64,000 bases of DNA, from positions 1 to 64,000 of IMG/VR virus record IMGVR_UViG_3300036939_000039; one strand, given 5' to 3'. The translations under genes were made by a program, and so were the position numbers. The notes below the pieces were generated by a model. The model did no database searches. It had not been told where the DNA came from and was given only the letters and a program-made list of their open reading frames with translations. Each line of letters begins with the position of its first letter. The stretch's first letter is position 1. Source of the stretch: a virus. Shown here piece by piece: positions 17,053 to 26,318 of this stretch.

Positions 17053-18423
17053 GTGAAAACTCTCCGTCTAAGGGGCTACTTGAAAGAAAAACTATTGATG
17101 GGAGCGATCGCTTGCGCTGTTGTTGCCGCTGTAGCCAGTCCATTGCTTTTAATTACTCAAGGAAGTATTCACAATACATTGCAAACTATTGAAAAATTGC
17201 ACGTTGACACGATACATCTAGAACGCATTGTCACTGCATTTACTCAGTCGGATATTACCGCTAAAGAATATCTAATTAAAAGCGCACTAGGGAATCTAAG
17301 TGATCGTAGTTACTACATTACCACCTTTAACAAGAACCTGAATAGCGTAGATGTTTATACTAAAGAATTAATTAACAATCGCTACGTTAACAGGTTGGAT
17401 GTTTATGAATTGCAACAAATCAAACAAGAAAAAATTAAGGTATTTCAGGCTACTCTGCAAATTAGATTTTTGACTCAAACCAAAAACATTGCTTTACTCC
17501 TATCACGGGACAGGCAGTTAATTGCCAAGGTGGAACAGGAGGCGAACCAAATTCGTGCCTTAATTCGTCAAAAACAATACAGATCTATTCATTATTTAAA
17601 CTCGCTCTTGGCAAGGCGTCTAGCACTATCAGCCACGTTATCTGGCGCGATCGCCTCCACAGTCCTATTGATCGCATGGAGGAATAAGCAGTTACTCATC
17701 AAGCATCATGCGGATGCTTGCGAGATCAAGGTAATGCAAAATGCAAGAGCGGAACGAGCACGAGTAATAGGTGCGATCGCCCACGATTTACGCCTATGCC
17801 TTCAGCCTATATTAACAGCATCAGAGTTAATCCAACACTATGGTAATACTAGACCTGATCGACTAAAAACATGGGTTGCACAAATCCCAAAAGGCACTAA
17901 CAGGATTAAAGATTTAGCTAATGACTTAGTCCTAGTTTGTCAATCAGAAACCAATCAGATCCATCTAGACATCCAAGAAGTGGACTTACCTGAACTAATC
18001 AACACTATCGCATCTGAGTATAGCCAGTCTACCGAAATACATGAACTGATTGTTAGGGCTTTGGGAGAACAACAGATTATTAGAATTGATCCTGATTTTT
18101 GCGATCGCGCTATTCGCAACTTAATTAGTAATGCGATTAAATATTCCCCAAAGGGAGGAATGATTTATATTTTAGTTGATCTTCAAGCCTGGTCTGTTTC
18201 GGTAGGTGACAAAGGTATAGGAATTCCCGAAAATATAGGCAATACTGTTTTTGAAGCGTTTCAACGTGCTGACAATGTTGGAGCGGTTGAGGGAGTTGGA
18301 CTGGGTTTATCGGTTGTCAAGGCTTGCGCGATCGCTCATGGCGGTAGTGTTTCTGTAGCTAGCCCTGGTTCTATACAACAGATGCAATTCAATACAGTTT
18401 TTACTTTAAAGCTAAAACCCTAA
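17053..18423 (+). CDS. membrane sensor histidine kinase
   Basis: - Two predicted TM segments flanking a loop of about 170 aa.
- H-box AIAHDLRLCLQP, with the His codon at 17782-17784.
- N-box NLISNAIKYSP, G1 DKGIGIP and G2 GVGLGLS.
- An ATG at 17098 is an alternative start. Confidence 0.85.
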   Translation: MKTLRLRGYLKEKLLMGAIACAVVAAVASPLLLITQGSIHNTLQTIEKLHVDTIHLERIVTAFTQSDITAKEYLIKSALGNLSDRSYYITTFNKNLNSVDVYTKELINNRYVNRLDVYELQQIKQEKIKVFQATLQIRFLTQTKNIALLLSRDRQLIAKVEQEANQIRALIRQKQYRSIHYLNSLLARRLALSATLSGAIASTVLLIAWRNKQLLIKHHADACEIKVMQNARAERARVIGAIAHDLRLCLQPILTASELIQHYGNTRPDRLKTWVAQIPKGTNRIKDLANDLVLVCQSETNQIHLDIQEVDLPELINTIASEYSQSTEIHELIVRALGEQQIIRIDPDFCDRAIRNLISNAIKYSPKGGMIYILVDLQAWSVSVGDKGIGIPENIGNTVFEAFQRADNVGAVEGVGLGLSVVKACAIAHGGSVSVASPGSIQQMQFNTVFTLKLKP

Positions 18424-18430
18424 TAAACGA

Positions 18431-18444
18431 GTCTAATATTAGAC
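18431..18444. repeat. 14-bp palindrome (exact)
   Basis: Lies 7 nt after the kinase stop. Contains the GTC TAA that ends the convergent gene 18439..18945. Confidence 0.97.
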
Positions 18445-18945
18445 TTGGGCTTTATCTTCGAGCTTTACAAGGCGCTCCACCAACTGAAGGACTAGACTGG
18501 ACTCCGCTCTTAATGCAATTTCCCTCGCAGCTTGGGCGTCATTTCGTGCGGCTTGGGCGTCCGAGGTAGCGTTATAGGTCACCCCTCTGAGCGTCTCTAC
18601 TTCCAGCGCGATCACCTTCCTCAATGCCTCGACACGCTCACGCTCCTCCTCTAATTGTCGTATAGCATCAGCAACCATCTGCTTAAGGGCTTCTGTCTCT
18701 TCTAGGCGTAGCAATTGCTGATCAAAGCGCTCTAAATTTTTAACAACGCGATCGCCTATTTGAAATAGTGCAGGTACACCCCCGATCGCACCCAACACCA
18801 CCAAAATTAAACTCTGACTGTCTGCCGTTATTGGGGCTAACCCTAAAGCAACGGCAATGACAGCAACAATAATTAGCAAGATTAATGCTTTATTGCCTTT
18901 ACCCCTAAAAGAGAGTTTCATTTTCCGAAATTTGGGTTTTATCAT
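18439..18945 (-). CDS. membrane-anchored coiled-coil protein
   Basis: Two hydrophobic helices followed by a heptad-like acidic/Ala-rich region. Overlaps the FHA gene end. Confidence 0.5.
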   Translation of the reverse strand: MIKPKFRKMKLSFRGKGNKALILLIIVAVIAVALGLAPITADSQSLILVVLGAIGGVPALFQIGDRVVKNLERFDQQLLRLEETEALKQMVADAIRQLEEERERVEALRKVIALEVETLRGVTYNATSDAQAARNDAQAAREIALRAESSLVLQLVERLVKLEDKAQV

Positions 18946-19291
18946 TTTCGCAGATCATGTATTGGAACCATACATTACTATTAGATATTAAAAAAATATC
19001 CCCATCATTTAAGACAAAATTATCACCAATTTCTATGTAAGCATCAACCCCGATTTTTTTTCTAAACTTGTTTAGCGCGACAGGCGATCGCGCCATTGAA
19101 TGAATGGGATTGCCGTTGATGATACTGGTTTTAATTGCCCCTAGACGTCTACTGACATTAGGGGATTTAACTGAGATGTCGTTTGCCTCAACTTTCGTTG
19201 ATCGTCCAATCGTTAAAGTTTTAGGAAATTCAGGGAGAATAAATTCCTCCCTGTCAACCCCGTGATAGTTTACGATTAGCTTGTATGGCAC
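18905..19291 (-). CDS. FHA-domain protein
   Basis: TIGRSTKVEANDISVKSPNVSRRLGAIK and LNDGDIFLI fit the FHA pattern (GR..x..DI.l....VSR.Ha.i ... l.dGD.i). GTG start 7 nt from a palindrome copy. Confidence 0.55.
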   Translation of the reverse strand: MPYKLIVNYHGVDREEFILPEFPKTLTIGRSTKVEANDISVKSPNVSRRLGAIKTSIINGNPIHSMARSPVALNKFRKKIGVDAYIEIGDNFVLNDGDIFLISNSNVWFQYMICENDKTQISENETLF

Positions 19292-19298
19292 AATGTCA

Positions 19299-19312
19299 GT
19301 CTAATATTAGAT
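19299..19312. repeat. palindrome variant GTCTAATATTAGAT (1 mismatch)
   Basis: Lies between the stop of 19312..21081 (1-nt overlap) and the FHA gene start. Confidence 0.9.
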
Positions 19313-21081
19313 CAGATCGAAGCAGGTTCTACTAAGACTATATGTCCTTGCAACCTCATTTTCTGAGTAGAGCCGATACCTGATTCAAGATTGAAAACTC
19401 GCCCTGTTGCAGTAGTGTAATTATTCAATAAGGTTTGCCCTGCTTGAAATGTTACGGTAAAAGGGCTTGCAGTGCCAGCGATTGAGGCAATAACCAAGTT
19501 TCTACCTAGGCTATTGGTTGCCCCATCTTGCAGTAGTAAGCGATCGCCTACATTAAGCCCGGTTGTTGCAGTAACTTGAATTGAATTAGCACCAGCTGAG
19601 GCATTAGCAGCTAATGACAGTATGGTGCCCCTTGCTGTCTCGCGAACGCCATTAACTCGCGTAAAGTCAAGTGTAAATGGCGTCGCATCCGTGCGTGTAT
19701 CAACGGCTTTTGCCATATTAACGATCACAGAAGTAGTAAATTCTGGATCGAAGTCACCGTTGCCAATTCCGTGAGTAATCGTTACCTTTGTGGCATTAGC
19801 TAAACTCGCATAATAGCTGAATGGTGCTACCCGATTACCGCTAAACGAATTCAAGAATGCAGCATACTCAGGATAAAAAATTAAATCCCCCCACGCTGTA
19901 ATTAATACATTTTCTAGATTGATACAGCCAGAAAGATTTGGGAATCCCCCGATCGCCTTAAAGTTTGCTTGATAGAGCGATTGTGGATCATCCGCGAATC
20001 CTAGGCGAAGATTGGTTAAGTTTGTTAAGCCCGACAAATTAAAGTCGGCAGGCAACAGGAGGGGTGCCATGTCATATCCTGCGTCACCACCTGCACTTAC
20101 CTCTTCTTGTAATGCCTCAAAGCTGAGGCTTTGAATTGATACAGGTAAACGCAATTGCGATGTCAATAATATCTGGCGGCGTTCATCAATTTGTCCGTTT
20201 CCGTCTCTCGTATAGATTGCCCCTGTAACGAAAGTCAATTCTCTCAAGTTTGTGATTTGAGAGAAATCCGGAGGGGTGTAACGCTGTGGGGTTCGTGTAA
20301 GAATTGGCAAAATTAACTCACGAATTGCCGTTACTCCATCCGGCACTTCTAACCTGATCAGTCGGGTGTAATCTCGTAAATCAAGAGTTTTGCTGGGGTT
20401 GGTATCCTTGGATGTTGTCCCGTCCGGAAAATGCCAAGTAAAATCCTCTCCACCTGCCACGACTACAGCTAGCCTTGGCTGAATATTGCTGAAATTTAGA
20501 TATCCCTGAATAGGAATATAGACATTTTTGGCTAAGTCTAACGCAGGGGGGGCTTGTGTTACACCAGAAATTAACACATTAGTGATTCTTGCACCGTTGC
20601 GACCTGATAGCAAAATGAAATCTGCGACAGTTGGCAGTGGAGTTGCACTGACAGCTGAGTGCCTTAGCGTTGCCGTTGAACCACTAATTGTATAGAAATT
20701 AATGGTGTCTCCTGCACGCTCAATTCGCATTCTGATGCTTGGGGCATAATCAACTGTCGTATCAACAAATGCATTATTTGCAGACAGTTTTACAAAGATG
20801 CGATTAGTGTCCTGATGCGCTCTTACGCAAAATCCATACGCGATTAAATGCAATGCAGACATCGCACTTTTAACGGCATGAGGATAGACGGCATAAGTAA
20901 ACCCAGCCGCTGCACTTAATGCATCTGCTGTGTTTTGATTAAAGCCAAACTCAATATAGCCATTACCGACCAACTGTTGTAAGGTCGAATATCCTCTAGT
21001 GTTTGCAGCAAAACTGGAAGATACATCTTGTAAGAAAATCGTGTTAGCTGGGTTGCCTGTTCTAGTTGCGGTTAAGCTCAT
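19312..21081 (-). CDS. putative tail fibre / receptor-binding protein with lectin-like N-terminus and LRR-like centre
   Basis: 589 aa. The N-terminal 170 aa look like a concanavalin/LamG-type jelly roll. The central LxxLxLxxN-type repeats include ITNLRELTF, LTNLTNLRLG and CINLENVLI. Confidence 0.45.
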   Translation of the reverse strand: MSLTATRTGNPANTIFLQDVSSSFAANTRGYSTLQQLVGNGYIEFGFNQNTADALSAAAGFTYAVYPHAVKSAMSALHLIAYGFCVRAHQDTNRIFVKLSANNAFVDTTVDYAPSIRMRIERAGDTINFYTISGSTATLRHSAVSATPLPTVADFILLSGRNGARITNVLISGVTQAPPALDLAKNVYIPIQGYLNFSNIQPRLAVVVAGGEDFTWHFPDGTTSKDTNPSKTLDLRDYTRLIRLEVPDGVTAIRELILPILTRTPQRYTPPDFSQITNLRELTFVTGAIYTRDGNGQIDERRQILLTSQLRLPVSIQSLSFEALQEEVSAGGDAGYDMAPLLLPADFNLSGLTNLTNLRLGFADDPQSLYQANFKAIGGFPNLSGCINLENVLITAWGDLIFYPEYAAFLNSFSGNRVAPFSYYASLANATKVTITHGIGNGDFDPEFTTSVIVNMAKAVDTRTDATPFTLDFTRVNGVRETARGTILSLAANASAGANSIQVTATTGLNVGDRLLLQDGATNSLGRNLVIASIAGTASPFTVTFQAGQTLLNNYTTATGRVFNLESGIGSTQKMRLQGHIVLVEPASI

Positions 21082-22697
21082 TAGAAATCCTCAAAAAATA
21101 AGCTGACAATTGTATTAATCGTAGGGATAATGACCGGGGGTGCTCCGTTAGCATACTCAATGATCATTTCTTCTACGTTTGTTGCCAAGCCAGCTTGGGT
21201 TGCTGAACTGCTGTAACCAGGAACTAAGGGCTGGCAGACAAGGTATAGGCGTGATTGTGCCAATACTGCTAGAAAATCAGATGACCCTTCAATCTGAAAG
21301 GGGTTGTTAAATTGTGCCCCTAAAAACGATCGCACCCGACTAAATACGCTTCGCAAATCGTAGAGAGCATGACCTACAACGCTAAAACTTCCAATAACAA
21401 CTCCCCCACTAATTTCTGCATTGCAACTATACAAACCCAGGAAATAGTCCGAGTAGTAATTAGAGGTAATTAGCGACTTTTGTTGTGGGTCGGTGTCCGG
21501 ATTAAGAACCAGGGAAAGCTCGACAGGATATTGACTGTAAGCCGATAGTTGAACTGGGCAAATAATAGATGACATTGGACGATCGCCTATCAATGCTTTT
21601 GCTTCAATCAAAGCGATCGCTGTTTTGTCGACATCACGCCGCAACTCCCCCGATATCGAAAAAGACCCGTTAGCGCGAGGGGAATACCCATCCTGGCTAT
21701 CACCACTTAAGGTTACAGATACGCCATATTTGCACAACAATTGGTCAGTGGACGGAGCAACTAGCCCAATATTACTAAATGTAATGGGTAAACCTTCTTC
21801 CATCACAGCGCGCAAAAAGCTGGAGTCAGCCGATCCGATGGTTGCAAACTTAATCCATCGAAAGATACCCATATTAGCGGCATCTTCGCAGTAAACGTAG
21901 AAGTCCGCTATCCCTCCATCACTTGCAGAGATTTGAAAGCCCCACATAGTGACATTTGTTAAGCTGACAAACGCCTTGCTTGCCCCCGTTCCGTCTAGTG
22001 GATCAGCCCATTGCGATCGCGGCAAAACCTGATTCTTGACAACCCCTGCCTCTACGTAACGCCGCACAATCCTAAGCTTATCGCCCTGACCGTCTCCGAT
22101 CGACTCCATATAGTAACCTGTGTTACTACTAAATGCCCCCCACTGCTTGATAAAGCTATCGCCTTGACCAATTGCCTTAACGCCCATCGTGAACATTACA
22201 GGCGATCCAGGTGGCACACGAAAGCGCCTCTTACTAGCCAGAAGTGATTGACGTGTACCGTAAAAATTTGCTGGGTTCGCAGGTAGTAGTAACTCAATCC
22301 CAGATTGAGCAAAGTAAACCGTAGCGATGTCTGGGGTTGTTTCGTAGGAAACAATTAGATTCTCAATGTTTGTTGCGATACCAGGATGTATCGCAGGCAC
22401 CCTTTCAGTTAATGTTCCTGCTAGCGAATTTGAGACATCCCAGTCCTGTAAATCTAACCCATAGCGGTTGACGTCTGCGTAAAGTAGCTTCCGATTTTTG
22501 GTGTTGTTACTACCAAATTGATCAAAAAGAAGATCTTTGTTCTGAACAATTACTTCCTTAGTGGCAACTTTTCCGGAAATGTCTCCGGTTAGCGTAACCG
22601 GGTAACTCTCTTTTAAGGAATGAACACCTCTTTCATCAGGGCGATCGCCCAAGTTGGCAGGAAAATAACCTTTGCGAATTTCTACTATTTCAGTCAT
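21081..22697 (-). CDS. tail-associated structural protein (paralogue A)
   Basis: 538 aa, collinear blocks shared with 22767..24494. Stop and start are coupled (TAATG) with the next gene. Confidence 0.5.
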   Translation of the reverse strand: MTEIVEIRKGYFPANLGDRPDERGVHSLKESYPVTLTGDISGKVATKEVIVQNKDLLFDQFGSNNTKNRKLLYADVNRYGLDLQDWDVSNSLAGTLTERVPAIHPGIATNIENLIVSYETTPDIATVYFAQSGIELLLPANPANFYGTRQSLLASKRRFRVPPGSPVMFTMGVKAIGQGDSFIKQWGAFSSNTGYYMESIGDGQGDKLRIVRRYVEAGVVKNQVLPRSQWADPLDGTGASKAFVSLTNVTMWGFQISASDGGIADFYVYCEDAANMGIFRWIKFATIGSADSSFLRAVMEEGLPITFSNIGLVAPSTDQLLCKYGVSVTLSGDSQDGYSPRANGSFSISGELRRDVDKTAIALIEAKALIGDRPMSSIICPVQLSAYSQYPVELSLVLNPDTDPQQKSLITSNYYSDYFLGLYSCNAEISGGVVIGSFSVVGHALYDLRSVFSRVRSFLGAQFNNPFQIEGSSDFLAVLAQSRLYLVCQPLVPGYSSSATQAGLATNVEEMIIEYANGAPPVIIPTINTIVSLFFEDF

Positions 22698-22705
22698 TCT
22701 TGTTA

Positions 22706-22719
22706 GTCTAATATTAGAC
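22706..22719. repeat. 14-bp palindrome (exact)
   Basis: Lies 8 nt upstream of the ATG at 22697 (minus strand). Confidence 0.97.
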
Positions 22720-22766
22720 CGATACTTTCTGTCCTATGACGTGCACTTCAATGTTTCGTCCGCTAC

Positions 22767-24494
22767 TTACTGTTCACCCCATGTCAATGAGCAAGAAACG
22801 TTAGCAGATCCGGCAACTAATGTACGCGCAATAACTACCAAGACATCACCCGGATCTGTTGGAGCAACTTGTTCGGCACGTCCTAGTTGCTCCCTCTTTG
22901 GGCTAAATAAAGGCTGCAAATCGATAAACGCTGATCCGTTACCTGCACAGTAGTAAGCACCGAATAGTTTCCCAGCATTACTATCAGCAGGTCTCCCCCC
23001 TGCTCCTGCATAAGTCCCTGTAAACGCAGAAGTGGCGGCAACTACTTTTAAGTGTTCAGCATCACCCGTTAATGCGTACCAAGTTGCAACGTTAGGTGAA
23101 CCAGCACCCTGTAAACTTGTTGGGTTTTTCAGTAAGTACACCTCAACCGGAATACCCCCGCTAACCGCAATTGACAAAGACAAGGGGAATACTCGTGACT
23201 TTTGTGGGCGTCGCTGTGTGCTTACTGGAAGGTTGCGATTAAAAACAAATGATTTGACCGCGATCGCCAAAATAGGCTGATAAGCAGCGTTGGCAACGGC
23301 AACAATAGGCGATCCGTAGCTGCCGATGACCATTGGATCAGGATCACCTCCTGGTATCCAGCAGCTGACGCCGTAACGTCGCATGAATGCAGCTGAAGAC
23401 ACTGATTCAGCTAGGCGATCGCGCCGATGGGCTACTTGGAAGGTGATCGGTAGATTGGGCGATTCCATTGTGGGGACAGGCAAAGTATCCCCATGCCGTA
23501 TTTCATGAGCCTGTACCCACCGTGTTGACCCCAGTGATGGAGAGTTTTGATCGGGGCAGTAAACATGCCCGGAACCACCAGACGCACCATACCAGCTAAA
23601 CCGAGTCAGAAACATAATGATGTTGCTGACTTCTGAATTATTCAATCCTGAAACAGGTTGCAGTAAAGACAAGAAACGAGCCGAAGTTGCACGGGTTGAA
23701 ACGCCCGACGGATTGCCGTCATTAACCCGCCCAGTCAGCTTATCTCGATTAAATTGACTGTAATGAATAATTTCTTCAAAAGTGTCAACGTCAATCAACT
23801 TAGTGTCGGCTCCCGTTGCTCCCACTAGATAGGTTGGGCGAAACATTGATGAATCCCCCAGTGCCGCGCCATTCACGTGTTGCCCATCGCTTGGATCGAC
23901 TGAACCAACAACAGTCCCTGTCAACCCCTCCAGTGCCGTCCCTTCAATGGCGCTTGAACGCCTGAACATATAAAGATCAGATTCCCAGTGCCCAAGACCT
24001 GCATTCCAGCGAGTTAATAACCTCCACCCGTATCCATCACGCCGCGTAAAGTTCCCCCATTGGTACATGACAGCACTTGCCGCCGCGCCCTTATTGACTT
24101 GAATTGCATAGGAGGTGTCTATCTCCTTACCTGGCTGATATTGATAAGCGTACTTTGTCTGTTTAACAACAGCACTGTCATTTTGGCTTAACCGAAATTC
24201 CGCTGCTGAAATCTCTGGCACATAAGTTACCGTACCTTTGCCAGTATCGGTATCGATAAACCAAATATTTGGATCAATGCCTGTGCTCAGAACGTTCTGT
24301 AAATAGTAATATGGTTCCTGATTGACACTAAACCCAAACTGATCGGTTTGCAGTTCAGAGATGGGTTTATTGGTATCATAGACCGGGATCTGAGTTTGAT
24401 CGGGGGGCAAAACAACAGGAATACTTTCCTGCGCGATCGCTTGTCCTTTCTTGACAGGCTCGTTATAGGCAATTACAACAACTGGATCAACCAT
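22767..24494 (-). CDS. tail-associated structural protein (paralogue B)
   Basis: 575 aa. Shared blocks with paralogue A are DQFG, YQPGKE/RVPPGS, QWGNF/QWGAF, LPITF and RYGVS/KYGVS. Confidence 0.5.
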   Translation of the reverse strand: MVDPVVVIAYNEPVKKGQAIAQESIPVVLPPDQTQIPVYDTNKPISELQTDQFGFSVNQEPYYYLQNVLSTGIDPNIWFIDTDTGKGTVTYVPEISAAEFRLSQNDSAVVKQTKYAYQYQPGKEIDTSYAIQVNKGAAASAVMYQWGNFTRRDGYGWRLLTRWNAGLGHWESDLYMFRRSSAIEGTALEGLTGTVVGSVDPSDGQHVNGAALGDSSMFRPTYLVGATGADTKLIDVDTFEEIIHYSQFNRDKLTGRVNDGNPSGVSTRATSARFLSLLQPVSGLNNSEVSNIIMFLTRFSWYGASGGSGHVYCPDQNSPSLGSTRWVQAHEIRHGDTLPVPTMESPNLPITFQVAHRRDRLAESVSSAAFMRRYGVSCWIPGGDPDPMVIGSYGSPIVAVANAAYQPILAIAVKSFVFNRNLPVSTQRRPQKSRVFPLSLSIAVSGGIPVEVYLLKNPTSLQGAGSPNVATWYALTGDAEHLKVVAATSAFTGTYAGAGGRPADSNAGKLFGAYYCAGNGSAFIDLQPLFSPKREQLGRAEQVAPTDPGDVLVVIARTLVAGSANVSCSLTWGEQ

Positions 24495-24503
24495 TTTTGA
24501 GAA

Positions 24504-24517
24504 GTCTAATATTAGAC
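24504..24517. repeat. 14-bp palindrome (exact)
   Basis: Lies 9 nt upstream of the ATG at 24494 (minus strand). Confidence 0.97.
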
Positions 24518-24535
24518 TCGGTAAGTTTAAGTAAA

Positions 24536-25648
24536 TTAGATGAAGTCTGAAACATACCCATCAAAGTTAATATTCCCTTTCATGATTGGGATTTTTTCCC
24601 CATCCGCTAAACGGACGATTAGATCATAGGAATATTCCTTGAGATACAAGCCCCTGGTATCGTCAGCTGTAATACCAATCGTTAAGGTATTGAATGCGAC
24701 ACTTCCAAAGAAGGTGATCGCGCCTATTGGCAATTCCTCGATATCTACGGGAGTAACCGAAATCTCAACACTACCCTTGGGAGCTGTATCAGTGACATCA
24801 ACAGCGGTCAGGTATTCCCAGCCTTGATCGGTGCGACGGCTAAAATGTAAAGTTGTGCCTACGGGAATGGCAGCCGGAATAGCAGGTACAACTAGCTGAG
24901 TCATTCCCGCGAGTGAGGCATCAGTCAGGATAACAGGGAACGCATCAATATTAGCAATTGAGTTTGCCGCTATTTCTGCTGCCAGTGGTTGAACGGTAAG
25001 CGATCGCGCTGCCAGGGGCGCATCTTCGCTCAAGACAGCTACTAGTGTGTCGCTAGTTCCATCCGAGAAAACCAAAGTATCTCCCTTCAAGAATTTGCGC
25101 GGCAATGACTGCACTAGTATTGTTTCGGCACCTATTAATGCGGTAGATTCAACGGCAATAAAAGTAGGCGTAAAGCTAGGAAGGACAGTAAAGCTAGCCC
25201 AGCTTTTGTAACGAAAAAACACCCTTCCTTTAGAGACATCTCTGGTAGCCAGCCCTTCAACTAATACTGAAGTCGCTGTTACACTGAGAATCTTGAACAG
25301 ATTAATGCCAGACCCTTCGAGAGAGATGAAATCTCCTTCAGAAATTGGCAATGACGCCAATTTCTTGATGTCTCGATCAGCTTTGCATTCGTTGGAGCAA
25401 TCCAACTTTTCAAATTCAAGCTTGATGATTGAAGTACCAGCAACAGTTGACCCCAGTACATTTGTGATTTGCCGCACGTCTCCATTAGGCGGGCGGACTT
25501 CCATCGCAAAGCTTGCACCTCGAAAGTCGATGGGATAATCTGCGACCAATAAAGAAAAAGTAAAGTCAGCCCCTTTGTAGAAGCATAAATTTTGAACATG
25601 CGGCTTGAAAACAGGCTCAAAACATAAAGGTAATGATCGGGTTGCCAT
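24536..25648 (-). CDS. putative tail / baseplate structural protein
   Basis: 370 aa, beta-rich, in the fibre operon. Start and stop are coupled with the upstream gene. Confidence 0.4.
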   Translation of the reverse strand: MATRSLPLCFEPVFKPHVQNLCFYKGADFTFSLLVADYPIDFRGASFAMEVRPPNGDVRQITNVLGSTVAGTSIIKLEFEKLDCSNECKADRDIKKLASLPISEGDFISLEGSGINLFKILSVTATSVLVEGLATRDVSKGRVFFRYKSWASFTVLPSFTPTFIAVESTALIGAETILVQSLPRKFLKGDTLVFSDGTSDTLVAVLSEDAPLAARSLTVQPLAAEIAANSIANIDAFPVILTDASLAGMTQLVVPAIPAAIPVGTTLHFSRRTDQGWEYLTAVDVTDTAPKGSVEISVTPVDIEELPIGAITFFGSVAFNTLTIGITADDTRGLYLKEYSYDLIVRLADGEKIPIMKGNINFDGYVSDFI

Positions 25649-26208
25649 TATTTACTGATGGGTTTATTGATACGTTTAGCCATTTCTAGCAAGCGCTTTG
25701 TTTTTCGATCTAGTGGTGGACGTTGTTCTGTGACCTCCTCATGTCGCAATAATTCCTGAAACTCATCTTCCTCGATGATTACAAATTCTTCTTTTGCCCA
25801 GTAAGTAGGAAATGGATCTTTAGGGATTGGATCGGGCGGTGGAATTTGCTTTAGTCGTTCAACGTGGTTAGCGTCAAGAGGAAGGTTTTGAGGTGCTACT
25901 TGCGCGATCGCAGGTAATCTCTTAGGTGCTTTTCGCTCAAAAAGTGATCGCCACTCCAGTCTTTCTCCCTGAATCTTGAACTTGAATTCAGGTATTGTTC
26001 CTACCGGGCGATCGCTTAGTAATTGGGCGGTATAAATTCCTGGCTTGATTTCTGTCTCGATAAAATACCCATTAAAGACAGAAATTTCTATGGGTTCTGA
26101 TTGAGCATCATTAGCTATTAGCCGCAACCTTCCGGTTAGTGCGTCGTCATTGCATATTATTTGACCTGTCAGGATTGTCATGTAAAAATTTTCCTGCAAT
26201 AGTTTCAT
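25648..26208 (-). CDS. hypothetical structural protein with prealbumin-like N-terminal region
   Basis: First gene of the minus-strand fibre block. GQIICNDDALTGRL...IKPGIYTAQL resembles carboxypeptidase-regulatory-like folds. An alternative ATG lies at 26181. Confidence 0.4.
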   Translation of the reverse strand: MKLLQENFYMTILTGQIICNDDALTGRLRLIANDAQSEPIEISVFNGYFIETEIKPGIYTAQLLSDRPVGTIPEFKFKIQGERLEWRSLFERKAPKRLPAIAQVAPQNLPLDANHVERLKQIPPPDPIPKDPFPTYWAKEEFVIIEEDEFQELLRHEEVTEQRPPLDRKTKRLLEMAKRINKPISK

Positions 26209-26318
26209 ACTATATACCTTGCGGCTTTAACTGTCTTGAAAAACCTTAGTTAGCTATTTAAAACAATCACAAATCCTGATATCCTGGTTAAAATATCCTT
26301 CTTTAATATCAGTTAATT

